Source: Paecilomyces variotii
Lineage: Eukaryota
Assembly: GCA_004022145.1 (NCBI GenBank)
Contig: RCNU01000002.1
Reading direction: 5' to 3' (one strand)
DNA length: 64,000 nt
Positions 28,656 through 42,139 of the stretch are shown here, piece after piece (the first letter of the stretch is position 1; each line of letters starts with the position of its first letter). The notes beneath the pieces were generated by a model that searched no databases, was not told where the DNA came from, and worked only from the letters and a program-made list of their open reading frames with translations. The position numbers and the translations under genes were made by a program.

Positions 28656-29813
28656 GAGGAAGGAATCAAGCAAATTCTACGGATCAGTGAACTGCCACTT
28701 CAAACAGGATATGCGGAGATAAGACTCCTGTGATCATCGGCAGACCGCGGAATAACCAGACAAAATTGCACCAAAACAGAAAGAAAATGGAAAATAAAAC
28801 GAATTATCTGAGTCTGTGGCTGGAATCATTGAAGATAACATATATAAAGAACCAATTCCTGTGCAACAGAAGTAATCAATGCGCCCGGTGTCGAGTTTTA
28901 TCTCGTCATTGCCATCGGGCGAAACGCCGAACTGATATGTATCTCTAGACCAGCTCGTCGGGCCGAATTGTCGGTTTCCATAGCCGGTCCCTGAGATAGG
29001 AGCCTATGGCGTGGAAGGGAAGACGGCAATGAATCCATTGTGGGCCCGCTTGACTCATTTCTCACCACAAAGCGAGTTTAAAATTCTGATGAAGCATTGC
29101 GCGCGCTTCGGGGTCTTTTCGGGACGCCGACGATGGACCTGGCTGAGAACAAGCGGTGGTACCTGGCGCCAAGAAACCTGCTGCAAACGTTTATTTTCGA
29201 AACGATAGTCTATCCAGGTTGTTCTGCTCAACTAGCTGCTTCTTGCTTGGTGTTCTCTGCCAAGAGGATCAATCTCTTGGCTGTTCAGAGGCATTGGTCC
29301 ACGGCCTTTGCCATCTTGCGGTGAGTTGGCCATGTGGGAAGAAATCCAAGGGTTTTCACCGTTGCGTAAGTTGACCGTTTCTATTCGGTATCTTTTCCGT
29401 TTCCCGAAGCGTGGAGGAGTGATCCGTCGGGCATAAAAGTGTAGATATGGACCCACTCGATATGTCTTGGTAGTATAAAAACGACTCTAAATCCACCACT
29501 ATGCTTCCGCATGGCTGCGAAGGTTGAGTTGTTGCATGTAGATCCGAAGATATTTCCATTTTCCCCTAGTATCTACACTCCAATAAGTTCCATATCTAAT
29601 GCAGGTATTGGGGTTATACGCAGCCGCTCATGACGTTGTAAGTTGTTACCTGGAGCTGTGCATTACTACCCGTCCTGTAGAATTTCGACTGCATTGCCAT
29701 CCTCTAGGTCTACGCTGGGATTAGTTCAACCAGCTCGCTGAGAGAAAGCGTTCCTCGAAGAAGACGAATAGATTTGTCGCATCTAGACGAATAAGTATTC
29801 CCCCAAGCCACAT

Positions 29814-30608
29814 TCAATGTGATTTTGGCAAGTAAACACTCATCTCAAACCCATTGGTAAAAGGAAGAGTCATATTCTGAAATCCATTCTCGGGGGTTCG
29901 TAGATATCCCAGCAGGTCCGCGTATCCCTCAGAGCCAGATATTGTGTTGTCGGTCAGCACAACTGCGCCGTGTCGAAGACGAGGCAGGACAGTCTTGAGT
30001 GTTGGAAGAGCAAGGGCTGACCAAACTATATATGTTCGTTTAGCGCAAGGAAATCAAAGACCGATGACACGGTATCACTCACTGTCGAGAAGGAGGAGAT
30101 CAATCTGGGGCAGCCCGTCTTTCAGAGTCTCAAGCAGATCTCCCTCTCTTAGATCAATCTGGTCCTCAACCATCGCACCACATTGCGCCCAGTACTTGCG
30201 TGCGATGTCCGCCTTTTGCTTCTCTTTTTCCGTCGCAATCACAATTCCGGATTTACCTGTAGCGGCTTTCGTTTTAGCGACAGCAAGAGCAAGATAGATG
30301 GTGCTGACTCCGAAGCTGGTCCCTGCCTCGATGATATTCGTGGCCCCCATCGCGTTGATGAGCTGGTAGGTGAATTGGCATTTATCTTCGTCCAGTGCGA
30401 TGAACTTGTCACGCATGAGCTGATCAAATTCATTTTGAGGGCTGCCACTGGGCTTTTGATCTTTCAGATCATCCAGTATTTCTGTTGAGAAGACTTTTCC
30501 TTTCTTTGCAGAAGACATGGCAGCTTCCTGTTCCAGTGACTTCTGATGGAGTTCAGAGAGGAGCTCCAGGACATGCTGCGGAGCATCGACGGGCGAAGGG
30601 GCTGACAT
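29814..30608 (-). CDS. Class I SAM-dependent (O-)methyltransferase, 2 exons
   Basis: Motifs IIEAGTSFGVSTIYLA, VIATEKE, DLREGDL and IDLLLLD|IW..LALPTL..LRHGAVVLTDN. Stop TGA at 29814. Confidence 0.85.
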
Positions 30609-31659
30609 GCTTACACAGCGAATTGGGCTTTTGGGAGCCTTTGGTTCAGCCAGAAAGGAGGAGATCAGGGACGTAGCGATGGCAAACAACAGGAGAATGT
30701 TGGCCAACAAGTTCTGCTTGAAGCAAAATGAAGAAGACAATATAATATGCACTCTGCATACCCCAATCATCATCTCAACTGGCGCGGGGACACGGGAGGG
30801 TCTAACCCGGAGTGACTCAACGTTGGAGAGTCATAATAACTAAACTGAATTCAGCCTCTTTAAAGAAACTAGGGATGGTTTCCCTCATTGCATATGAATT
30901 GCCTATTCTCTGCTTCAAAGGGGTTTTTTTTTGCATTCTGGGGAATAGCACTGTGTCGTAACAGAATGAACTTAAGTGTTGTACGGCATTTGGTCTGGTC
31001 CTTGGTCATCTGGACAGGCTGCTAGTCACACTACCCTCGAGAATGATCGTTACAAGTTTCAAATTCATAAGTAAAGCTCCTCCAGCATGGAATTAATCAA
31101 TTCAGAATGCTAATAGGGCGAATGCCCGTCGAAACAGTCTGTCTCATCCGTGGTCGATGGGCAATTGGCTCGGGATGATGTGACCGTAGTGATTCGTCCA
31201 CGGTCGCCAAGCGCCTTCATGGTCTGATGCTCAACATACACAGTAGTACCCTGCCAGTTTATCAGTATATGGCATCCATGATTCATACAGGAGAACGCAT
31301 GATAGCTGGAGTCATGAAAATTCACAACACGCGCTTTATCGAGTGGAAGCATTAAACGCACTACTCTCCAGTTGATTGACCCATCTCCGTCCTGTACGAC
31401 TTCATTCTCTCCAAGGTCATCAGAGAGCGATCAATTAATCAATTTAACCCAGCAGTAACAATTGCGCGAACTAATTCACAGCCCGTCGCGCTGAACTGAC
31501 AATCAAGTAGCCTGTCCCGAGACATTCATAGCCCACTGGCGCTTTTCAATATAAGCCGAAGTACCCAAGCCCCGCGACGGTCCAACTTTCTCTACAACAT
31601 CACCACCAACCCCGCGTCGTCCTCATCGACCACGCGTTTATTTCCCTCAGCCCTGCTGA

Positions 31660-32487
31660 ATGGACATACCACAATTTTCAAACCCAAAGACCAAAATGAC
31701 GCCTCCAGACCCCTCACAGCAACAACCAGATTCAACAATTCAACCCAACATGATGCTAACCGCCAAAACTCCCGCGTCGGCTCCCTTCCCGCAGCTTCTC
31801 TCCGCGCTATTCACTTCCCTCTCGCGACCGTCGCGACCATGGCGTCTGACGCGCACTCTCCGCAGCGATAACCCAGCTGAGATCAATGGGGAATTAACAG
31901 GGACTGCGACGTTTAGTTTCCTTAAAAACGGCTCCGATTCTGCGAGAGACATGCTTTACAGAGAAGAAGGTGGGATGCCAAGTACGCTTATTCGCGGGAT
32001 GGCAGGATTGCGATGGACGAAGAAATATATTTGGCGATTGCGCGAAGATGGGGCTGGGATTAGTGTTTGGTTTGTGAAAGTAGGCGGGGTGGGATCGCAG
32101 ACTCGGACTGGGACTCAGAATCAGGAGTCCGACGACGAGGCTGATTATCTGTTTCATGAATTCGAGTTCTTGGACTCTTCTTCGGGGACATCTGAAATGT
32201 GTGTGCCGGCTTCGGAGAAGCAGGATCAAGATAAAGACTTCTCGTCACGATCGATACTTGTCACCCCGCCTATACCACCTCCTCCAAATCCAGGATCAGG
32301 CTCAACGACGACAACAGTCCTGACAGCTCGCGGAAACCATCTTTGCGTTAATGATATGTATCGTACAGCGTATTCGTTTCGCATTCGACCTGAGACGGGC
32401 GAGGTGCTCAGCTGGGCGAGCCGACATGTTGTGAAGGGGCCAAAGAAGGATCAGGATATCGTGAATTTGTATACTTTGGAGGAATGA
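31660..32487 (+). CDS. DUF6314-like protein
   Basis: Single exon with W.L.R....G..G.A.F, LYREEG, YIWR, SVWFVK, LFH, HLCVND.Y and W....VKGPKKD. Confidence 0.65.
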   Translation: MDIPQFSNPKTKMTPPDPSQQQPDSTIQPNMMLTAKTPASAPFPQLLSALFTSLSRPSRPWRLTRTLRSDNPAEINGELTGTATFSFLKNGSDSARDMLYREEGGMPSTLIRGMAGLRWTKKYIWRLREDGAGISVWFVKVGGVGSQTRTGTQNQESDDEADYLFHEFEFLDSSSGTSEMCVPASEKQDQDKDFSSRSILVTPPIPPPPNPGSGSTTTTVLTARGNHLCVNDMYRTAYSFRIRPETGEVLSWASRHVVKGPKKDQDIVNLYTLEE

Positions 32488-32613
32488 ATGATGTAAAGAG
32501 GTCTGGTGCTGTTCTCGGATGGCATGTTCCGACGGCTGAAAGGAATGAATGATTTATGAATGGATACCCTTGTTTATTGAGAGTGCGATGAGGAATTTGT
32601 TTTAATGCATAAT

Positions 32614-32661
32614 GCTTTGATGGCATGTATAATAAGAGCTTTGATGGCATGTATAATAAGA
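32614..32661. repeat. Perfect 24-bp tandem duplication (GCTTTGATGGCATGTATAATAAGA x2)
   Basis: Read directly between two convergent 3' ends. Confidence 0.9.
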
Positions 32662-32854
32662 AGGAAATTCTCCTCTGCGCAATACGGAAGTCCAATGGAA
32701 ATATATTGGGTGAGGTTATCATATGAATCATATATCATGTCATCGCTGTGGTATATAAACTATCGGTCATGAACATACGTACCCAGACACGATCTCTCCA
32801 ACCATATCATGTACATGTACTTACAATTCCACGTCGCCCCCAAACGCCACGCTC

Positions 32855-34736
32855 CTACAACGTGTAAATGAAGTCTGGGCGCTTATCTCCCAGCATTTCG
32901 ATCTCATGCGGGCTCAATCCCTCGATCCAGTGATCGCGCTCTCCCCGCCGCCTCTTCCCATTTTCAATTCGCAGCAGAACTTCCTGCAGGATGGACCCAC
33001 CGAGGAGGAACAGCACGAGATAGGCCATAACAGTGCCGTGTCCAGGATAGAAGCGGGGAGCATCTTGACCGCGGTAGATGTTTGAGGATACGACGCCGTT
33101 GAGATTACCCCAACCGATGATGATACCAATGGTAACGCCACGTTTGTAGACTCCTTTTGAGAATAGTAAGTGAATCTTTTCCCGTGACTAGCAGAGAAGA
33201 GAAGAAGGCAAGACTTACCTTCGGTGTTGTTGCTGGCCCATGCAATAGTGTTGGAGATACATGGGTAGATGCCCATGGCGCCCAGGAATACACCGGCATA
33301 GCGAGTACTGGCGGACTCAGCGCCTAGCAACATGGCAAAACCAACGATTCCGACAATCGAAACGGCAATGTTACAGATCCCGCGCTGGCGGGTGCGGTCT
33401 GCGATGAGACCAATGGCGATTGTGACAATAGCTGCGGCTGCGTACGGGGGTACACTGAGCAGCTGAGCTTTGATGGACGAGTATCCTGTTTTCCGTCAGA
33501 TACGATACTTGTGATGCTATATAACTGAAGGGGAATTACCCTATCGAAATATGTCAGCATACAGTCACAGATATCGGAGATGGACAACTTACTAGTTCCT
33601 TGATGATGGTGGGAGTGAACAGAGAAAATGCATAGAGAGGTGCATCGGCGCCCATGTAGATCATAGCGCCAGTCCAGGTTTTCCAGTCCCGGACGCTAGC
33701 CCAGAAGTACGACATCTTGAACTCCTCATGTTCCGCACTAGACTGCTCATCAGCTGCAAGGCGCCGGAGGACTCGCTTCTTGTCCACTTCAGAGAGGAAT
33801 TTGGCCTCGTCTGGGAAGTCGTGGACCATCCAGAACGAAAGCACACCAATGACAATGGTAGCAAGCCCCTCGATGATAAAGATCCAGGCCCAGCCAGGTT
33901 TGCCGCCGATTCCATCCATTTCACCGATAGCAGCGGCGAGCAGACCACCGAAGCTTCCAGCTAGAGCAGCAGCACTGAAAAAGATTGCTAGCGACGTCGC
34001 GTTAGCAAGCAATACAAGGAAATTGCATACATGAAGGGAGCCTAAACATGCACCTACCCATTCGAACACCAAACTCAGAACGTTTGTACCAGCAAGAAAG
34101 GTAGTATCCAATGCCAGGGAAAAGCCCAGCCTCAGCCAATCCGAGGAACCAGCGTGCAGCCATGAGACCAGAAAAATTGTGTACAAGGCCCATGGTAGTC
34201 ATACATATTCCCTAGCGCAGTAATTTGATCAGTGGGTGCTAGACTGCATATCGTGGCTCATCTTTCATACCCAGAGAGACATGATGATCGGAATGAAGAC
34301 ACTAGGCCGCAGTCTCTTAAGGAGCACATTGGTGAGGGGCTCAAAGACCGAATATGAGATAAAGAAGACTGTCAGAGTCAGATTATACTGCGAATTGGTC
34401 ATACGCAGGTCCTCCTGTAGGCCTTCGAGCTTGGCATTTCCAATATTGGTGCGATCTAGAAAGGACGCCAGGTAGAGTAGACAGAGCCATGGGATGAGCA
34501 TCAAATCTAGCCGCCAGAGCAGTTTGCGATCCTGCGCCAGTCAAGTCAGCCACGGTAACAAAAGCGGAAACAGTGAGGGAGGACACTACAATTTTCGCCT
34601 TCTCTTCCTCACTCAATCCATCATCAGGATCGTCGATGAATTCTGCCCGAGTTGCTGTTGGCTTCGACTCCAGATCCTTTTCCAATTCTGAAGCAGGACG
34701 GTTCTTGCCCGCGCCAATCGTTTGCGACTTCTCCAT
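32855..34736 (-). CDS. MFS anion:cation symporter (Tna1/Dal5-like), multi-exon
   Basis: Motifs LDLMLIPW..LYLASFLDRTNIGNAK, EPLTNVLLKRLRPS, RWFLGLAEAGLFPG, SCWYKRSE, GWAWIFIIEG, QLLSVPPY and the terminal DKRPDFIYTL. Confidence 0.9.
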
Positions 34737-36288
34737 GGCGGCCACAGAGTCTCAAGAGAGGCGCACAGCTAATTGACAGGTTGGAGGGTGTTTACCCGGC
34801 TGAGGAGAGGAGAGGAGAGCCGTTTTAAATGCACGCTGCGCGCTGACCGCGTACAGATCACGCACCGGCTAATTGGTCGTACTGCATCATAGCGGCAACA
34901 GTCAGAAGGAAAGAAAAATACATCAAGCTTGATTAACCTGGCCTATCATCATACAGAGAGAGAGACCAGGACCTGGCCAGATCCTGTGGTCCGGGACAAG
35001 CATTGGGCCATCTTTCTGGATATCTCTCCCCACGGGACGCTAAGACTTTGCACTGACCATCCCCAGCGTGGGGAAGCGGGGTTGGATTTTTAAGCAGAAT
35101 TGAAACGATCGACATGACTACCTAGGTATGTATTCACAGACGGAGGGCCTCTTCGGGCATGCAATTTGTGGCTGCACGACAGTCGGGGAGTACTCCGTAC
35201 ATGTACTGACGGGAATTCTCCTGTCTCTTGGAGATCAGTCAGGGAATTTCTGAGCCCGTTCATAAAGTCCACCTGGAATAACCAAATCAAATCAAATTGG
35301 TCTTCTCTCAGTTTCGCTCCGCAACCGGTGAGCATTCCAGATCTACTTAGCGGCTGGCAAGACGCCTCCTGAGCATCCGGTGATCTTGGCAAAATGCCCT
35401 TAACGGAGAAAAGACGGTTGTTCGCTTAAGGAAAGGAGGACGAACTTCTGGATCGCAACCCATGGTCACACGTGTGAGCGATCTGGGAGCAATGCGCAGA
35501 TCAGTTATTTAACCGGTGAAAGAATCTTGCAGAATGATAGAAGCTTAGCTGCTAAGAGAAACAGGTGTCTTCTCATGGATAGGAGTGCGTACCAAAGAGA
35601 TCTCATCCCCGAGGGCAGGGCTCATCTTCTCCCAGAAGAGGACAGTGATAAATAATGGTGATTCCGAAAATCGTAGCAATATCTCCGAAGTGGCTTTTTC
35701 TCGGTCTAAACAAGGTCCATGAGGCACCATAAGCGGCCGGTCCGTTCTTTTTCTTTTCGCTTCCATGTTCCCTGCGGGGAGAAGGGAAGCGGGGAAGATT
35801 TTGGCGGCATCTTTAGGTAGCTCGACTCTGTGATGGCAATAATGCCGATGGGAGACCAAGTGCCGAAAGAAGGGGAAGATGCATTTTGCGCTGATAATAA
35901 GCGCGGGGTTCTCAAAGTCGGGGACATCCCGAGGTTATGATGATCCTAAAAATATATTGTCTGGAAACTCTACATAGAGAGTGAACAACCCATCTAAGCC
36001 TTACTGAGAACATTACTCGTATTAATATTATTTAACCCGTTTATGAGGACTGCATAGCTTGCCCGCTGCCTGGGTGGTTTTGAGATCTGACTGATTTGAT
36101 TCGTCGACACAGCGAACCAAAGTGTAAGGGCTGATGTAGACTTTTAAAGAAGAAGCCTCAAAAGCAGCGGCTATTCTGGCTGCATATCTAATTTCAAATA
36201 CTAAGACATAAAAGGTGTTGGATTACAAAGAGCAAGAAAAGCAAAGCTTTCCTTGTATCGCTATCAAGGCTCCTGGCTAGCGGAATAT

Positions 36289-38157
36289 CTAGATGGGTCC
36301 ATCTGTCACACAACCATGGCTGGCATCGCTGACCAGGGTGGAATACTTCTTCAAAGTTCCCTTCTGGTATCTGAGTGGAGGTGCTTTCCACTCCTTTCTT
36401 CTTTTATCCAGTTCTTCAGTCGGGATCTCCAGATTAACCACTCTTTCCTCAGCATCAATCACGATCTTATCACCGTCTCGCGCCAGCGCAATCGGGCCTC
36501 CCTCCATTGCTTCGGGCACAATATGACCGATCAAGAATCCATGGGAACCGCCGGAGAATCTTCCGTCTGTGAGCAGCGCGACGTCCTGGCCAAGACCAGC
36601 GCCCATAATGGCCGCGCTGGGTTTAAGCATCTCAGGCATTCCCGGACCACCCTTGGGACCTTCGTACCGGATGATAACGACCGTCTTCTCGCCCTTCTTG
36701 ATCTCCCCTCGCTCAAGGGATTCGATGAATGCGTCTTCGTAGTCGTAGCACTTGGCTGTGCCCTCGAACCGTAGGCCTTCCTTGCCAGTGATCTTGCCCA
36801 CGGAACCACCTGGGGCCAGCGATCCGCGGAGGATCTGGAGATGGCCGGATGGTTTGATGGGGTTGCTCAGGGGTCGGATGATGTCCTGATCAGCAGGGAA
36901 ATCGGGCCACGAGGCTACATTCTCCTTCATTGTTTTACCGGTGATGGTGATTCCTGAGCCGTCGATCAGGCCTTCCTTTAGAAGGTATCTGAGGATAGCT
37001 GGTGTGCCGCCAATCTTGTATAAATCGTGCATAACATACTTTCCAGATGGCTTCAAATCAGCCAGGAATGGCGTCTTGTCGGACACTGCTTGGAAGTCAT
37101 CGATAGTCAACTTGATGCCGACAGAGTCAGCAATAGCAATTAGATGCAGGACAGCGTTTGTGCTGCCACCCAAGATGTTCACCACAATCATTGCATTCTC
37201 AAATGCTTGACGTGTCATGACATCCCTGGGCTTAATGTCTTCCTTGAGCATATTCTTAACCACCTCGCCAATGTTTTCACATTCGACCAGCTTCTTGGGA
37301 TCATCTGCCGGACAACTACTGCTCCCGGGCACTGTCATACCCATTGTTTCAATGGCCGTCGCCAGCGTATTGGCCGTGTACATGCCACCACAGGCACCTC
37401 TGCCGGGGCACGCATTGCGAATGATATCGAATCGCTCTGTCTCGTCGATCTGGCCTGTGATATACTGCCCGTACGACTGGAACGCACTGACCAGATCCAA
37501 CTTTTGACCCTTTGCACTGCATCCGGGCTTAATGCTACCACCATAGATCATGACACTAGGCCGGTTCGTGCGTCCCATCGCCATCAACACTCCAGGCATA
37601 TTCTTATCGCAACCCGGCAGCGACACGTTCGCATCATACCACTGGGCATTCATTACAGTCTCAATGCCATCAGCGATGATCTCACGACTCTGCAAGCTGT
37701 ATCGCATTCCCTTTGTGCCCATACTGATCCCATCAGATACTCCAACGGAGTTGAATCGCATAGGGACCAGACCCGCCCGATGGATAGAATCGCGCACGAT
37801 CCCAGAAAGGTCGTGCAGGTGCATGTTGCATGGGTTACCCTCGAACCATACAGAGGAGATACCGACCTGCGGCTTCGACATATCCTCCTCTGTTAGGCCG
37901 GTCGCATACAGCATTGCTTGTGAGGCACCCTGAGATTTGGGTTGTGTTATTGTCGATGAGATTCTGTTGAGGCCATCGTCGGACTTATAACGGCGCGAGG
38001 TAGGCAGAAGGCGTCTGACGATTAATGTCAGGTTAGCATTTTTCGCGATTCTGAGGAGAGATTTAACACATTACGATAGGAGATTCTCGTACATGCTGTT
38101 GAACTGAGCGCGTCGGCTTGATGCCAGAGCTCTAGCTCTGATATGCGTCGCGAGCAT
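36289..38157 (-). CDS. astD: Dihydroxy-acid dehydratase paralog (AstD-like self-resistance enzyme), 2 exons, about 596 aa
   Basis: Motifs [59 protein letters not shown] and [14 protein letters not shown]. The N-terminus is Arg-rich and presequence-like. It lies next to a terpene cyclase and P450s. Confidence 0.88.
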
Positions 38158-38358
38158 AGTTCGTGCTTGCGGATACGTGCACGGGGACAGTGTTTAAGAG
38201 GGAGAAAACTGATGAAGGAAAAAAAAGAAAGAGTAAAAAGGTTCACTGTGTTCAAGAACCAAGCCTGTAAGAAGACTCATGGCCACACAGCCGTGACTAA
38301 GATGACAGGGCTCAATAACGTAGGATAGTTGATGTGTTGCTGGGTTGTTGCCCTCATT

Positions 38359-38381
38359 CCGGAGTTGCGACCCAACTCCGG
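38359..38381. promoter_or_regulatory. Perfect 9-bp inverted repeat CCGGAGTTG-N5-CAACTCCGG upstream of astD
   Basis: Read directly, about 200 bp 5' of the astD ATG. It contains CGG/CCG triplets. Confidence 0.4.
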
Positions 38382-39101
38382 CCTCCGCCCTGAACAAGCT
38401 CGGTGGTGGCCGGACTGGATCTACTTAGCAGCTTGATCTTCGCCCCCATGCAGGGGTTGTCGACTCATACACCAATTATATAACTGGTTATTGCCTTCGT
38501 TCCTATTATTTAAGATTATCCACCACTGCGGTGCGTCGCGCCGCTATGTTATATAGGATCTAGACAATCTTGACGATCTGTAGAATAAGGATCCGGTGCG
38601 AGAATGCTAGCGGTATCAAGCACCTGAATAAGATTTCAGATCCACGTATTTCAAGTCTACTCCGTACTGAGTGCTTATTGCATCTCAATTATGTGTATTC
38701 GAATAATATGCACACACCCCGGGCGCAGAAAGTGGATGATCATAACTAATTTGGGTCGACCTCTATTCCAACTCCGCTGTGTCGAAATAAACCGCAATCT
38801 ACGGAGTATTGATCCTAGCCGTGCTCATGAGAGATGCAGATTTCCTCCCCTGGGAAGATCACCATTGCTACAACTAGCGTCCGCAGCAAAAGACACGTTT
38901 GGATCCTCTTCAGGTGGGTCTCATTAAGATCAATGATCGAGGCTATAATCTGAATAAGCACTACTTGAAGTACGGAGTATACAGGTAATCGGTGTCTGGA
39001 TCTCCAGAGGCTCGTTTGGTCAATGGCAAACCTATTGGTAAGTGTTGCATTTGATTTGTTCGTAGCCTAAATATTCGTATCTTGGGATGATCTTGGTTCC
39101 A

Positions 39102-39102
<1 letters not shown>

Positions 39103-39138
<36 letters not shown>
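39103..39138. repeat. Poly(A) homopolymer of about 36 nt (poly-T on the astA sense strand, 3' of the gene)
   Basis: Read directly. Confidence 0.9.
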
Positions 39139-39140
<2 letters not shown>

Positions 39141-39213
39141 CGCAGGAAGGGGAAATAAAACGAATCTATAAAACGAAAATCTTTTTGTTGACATAACCTT
39201 TCCTTTCCGCTGC

Positions 39214-40431
39214 CTAATGAGAGTTCCCCCTCAAATAACGCATCGCCCATCCAAACAGATTGATTACTGAGCTCGCCACGTAATCCATTTTGTGATACTG
39301 GGGTGCATCGACGGAGAATGCAAACGCGTTGGTCTGATATGCCTGTGTCTCAGATCCTTTGGGGGCCGGCCCATCGACTTCAAAGCCTTCGACTTGGCAA
39401 GTCCACTCCTCGATATCCACCCATCCCACACCGAGCGCCTTGTCAAAGTAATCGCGGAACTTGACTCCCGACTCTTGTAAATCGTTGCGCTGGTAAATCT
39501 CCCGCAATCTGTATCTGAAGTCGCAAATGTGCCACGTTACGTAACCGTGGATAAAGCCGCGGATGGTGGCCAGCAACTCCGGGTCTTTGTCCTTCAATAG
39601 TTCCAAAATCCGTATGCAGGCATGGATTGAATCGTCGGTGAGACGTTGGAGGGCCTGATCCATCGTGATTCCGTCCACAGTGCACCAATTGGTAACCAGA
39701 TTGGCTTCGTCCTGGTCGTATTCTTTGTAGAACGAGAAGAGATCGTTCATCAAGGCAACGGGCCCGTCGATTTGGGCCATTACGCAAGCGATCTCTGTAA
39801 AGAGCTTCTGGTCGTCGAATTTGGCCGCGGGGAACAGGGTCCCTGCGACAGCACCACCGAGACAGTTCAACCGTCGCAGGAACAGAGGATAGCAGTCCGC
39901 GCCACGGTAGCCCTGGAAGTTGTGTTGCTCGATCCAGCACCCTTCAAAGTAATCAAAAGTGCAGCGCATGATATTGAAGGAGCAGAAGCTGCCATAGTGG
40001 CTTAGGAGGCGGGGGAGATGAGCATTGAACAGCACCCAGAAGGGGTGCTTCTGTTGTTTGCCCTGAATGAGGTCTACCCAGAAGGTGGCCATCTGGGTAC
40101 TAGGGTCGTGGTTGATCTCATCATCCAGAACGTTGATGATGGAGAGATAGATGCAGACGTCTACTTGGGCTTCTCGAGGTAGTCTACTCCAGCAATAGAC
40201 AATGAAATGGGAAATGGTCCGAGTGACAGCAGCAATTCGGCGGGGAGCCACACCTTTGAGGATTCTCCTTGGAAGAGGCTCAGTAAAGTATTGTGCTGTC
40301 TTGGAATAAACATGACGAAGGCCTTCAACACGCTCATCGTGTGTTAGGTTGTCATCATGGTACTCAATGGCATCAAGGAAGCGCACAATGGAGTCACAGT
40401 AGGTGTTGGCGGGAAAAGTCTTCATATCCAT
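39214..40431 (-). CDS. astA: Trichodiene-synthase-like sesquiterpene cyclase (AstA-like, daucane/carotane synthase)
   Basis: Single exon of 405 aa with [28 protein letters not shown], the NSE motif NDLFSFYKE and GYVTWH.CD.RYRL. Confidence 0.88.
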   Translation of the reverse strand: MDMKTFPANTYCDSIVRFLDAIEYHDDNLTHDERVEGLRHVYSKTAQYFTEPLPRRILKGVAPRRIAAVTRTISHFIVYCWSRLPREAQVDVCIYLSIINVLDDEINHDPSTQMATFWVDLIQGKQQKHPFWVLFNAHLPRLLSHYGSFCSFNIMRCTFDYFEGCWIEQHNFQGYRGADCYPLFLRRLNCLGGAVAGTLFPAAKFDDQKLFTEIACVMAQIDGPVALMNDLFSFYKEYDQDEANLVTNWCTVDGITMDQALQRLTDDSIHACIRILELLKDKDPELLATIRGFIHGYVTWHICDFRYRLREIYQRNDLQESGVKFRDYFDKALGVGWVDIEEWTCQVEGFEVDGPAPKGSETQAYQTNAFAFSVDAPQYHKMDYVASSVINLFGWAMRYLRGNSH

Positions 40432-42139
40432 GATGGAGACAATTCGAAGAAAGTTAAGATGCTTGCTGATATCTTAGGAAAAAGAATGCCGGAACAGAGG
40501 CTGCTTAAGTATCTTGGAAACGTAACATAGAGAATAGATGGAAGAATCACACCTCTTGGGCTGGAGCGATTTCGTATACTTACTACTCCAGTGTATCAAC
40601 ATTACCGCGATCCTTTCTTACCTAGAGGCTGGATCTATCAGGAATAACCTTTCTATGGGCCCAGGATGCAACTGAGAGGATACGCTCCATGGCTATGGCA
40701 CTAACCAGCCGGATACGCATAATCTCTCTTCTGTTGCGGTTGTCAATACAGTCTTAACAGCATATACCTCGCCTATGTCGCCACTGGAATGGGCTATGGA
40801 ATCAACTCACCAGCTTACGAAAAGCATGTATTGGAGACTAGTCTTTACGCGGCCTTTTCACTGATATTCACTTGCCTCATATCAGATAAGGGCAGAGCCG
40901 TCTCCCCTGCGGAGGTGTCCAACGACTCCTAATAGTAATTTTATTTGTAAATTCTGCATGCTGAGCAACATTGGGAATCTATACTTGCGGCGAGGGGCCG
41001 AAGATCGGTCACCAAACGAGTGGACATGAATAGTTCATGAGTCCAGAGTTAGTAGATGCTCCATCAACAAAGGTAATCACGACATGGGCTACAGCGTCAT
41101 TCCAGATTTGGACTTGTCGTGCTTTCAGGCCGTGTTTCAGGTGATAGGATTCGATTCGCGAATGGATGCAATGAGAACTCCTAGGGAATGCGTGTCATGC
41201 ACTAAACTAGGATTCAATCCTTCGCCCCACCAACAAATACGAAGAAAACGAGACTTTGGTAAACACTCAGTAATACTACTGTCGAGTATGCAGTTAGCGG
41301 GTCGGATCTCGGTGGCGTCAAGGTCTAATGGCAGTGGTAAAATTGGTCCTAAGCAAGTCGGTGATTGTCTCATCCTGTATCGCTTGACCAGCGAGTCTTT
41401 CTAGACCACGAAGTTCTCTGTATCCCCATTATTTCATGGAGCTTTTCTTTCTGCTTACTTCCCTTTTTGATGCCATTTTCACCATTCTGGCGAACATAAT
41501 TGGTTCCTAACAGTCCGTTTGTGATTCTTGGCTGTTCCCAGTTACTACTCGTACCTTGGTAGTCCGGTTGAGCTGAATCCCCTGGCTGTCAAAAGTGAGG
41601 ACGATCACAAGATGGCTGTACACTGTTTGAAACAGGTGTCAAAGTGTCCTCTCGTCACGGAAGTTGTCCGGTTGGTAGTCAATATATCTCATCCTCTACC
41701 GTAGTCATTATGGGAGCGGACTTATCTGATAGACTCGTCCCGCACGGTGAACAGATATAGCTATTGATATTATCAAGCCAAGCAAATTGACGGAATTGCA
41801 GGCCAATTAAACCTTTCTGGGTTAGGAAAGTCCTACATTGGCCACGCAATATAGAGGATCCCATACTTATGCACTACGGAGTTCTCCGTACTTAGTCTGC
41901 GGAAGTTACTTAGTACATCCCGGAGAGACTAGTTGTTTGGGGCGATGTTGCTTACCTGCATAAGCACCGTATTCTTATTTTTACGGACTCCATAATCTGA
42001 ATTATGATTGATTGCTAACTATGTCTTTGTTTAGTAATCGATTGGCCATTTCCATGTTTATTTCATAGACTGGTCATCCGGACTTGAAAAACGGCCCCAA
42101 ACTGCAGAAACAGCGGCGCGCTGTAATTTTGGTTTGTAT

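Noticed and set aside
26862-34736. MFS + methyltransferase + DUF6314 + MFS as part of either cluster
   Set aside because: No biochemical link is evident, and they are separated from the first cluster by unrelated small ORFs. Membership cannot be supported from sequence alone.
35466-35477. 12-bp palindrome TCACACGTGTGA containing an E-box
   Set aside because: Single occurrence with no supporting context.
36253-37933. Long plus-strand ORFs overlapping the DHAD gene (and similar antisense ORFs elsewhere)
   Set aside because: They are antisense shadows of well-supported genes with no recognisable motifs.
39103-39138. Poly(A) tract as a retroposon tail
   Set aside because: No target-site duplication or element body was recognised. 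Similar T-rich runs occur at about 15019-15065 and 22232-22295, consistent with simple repeats near 3' ends.
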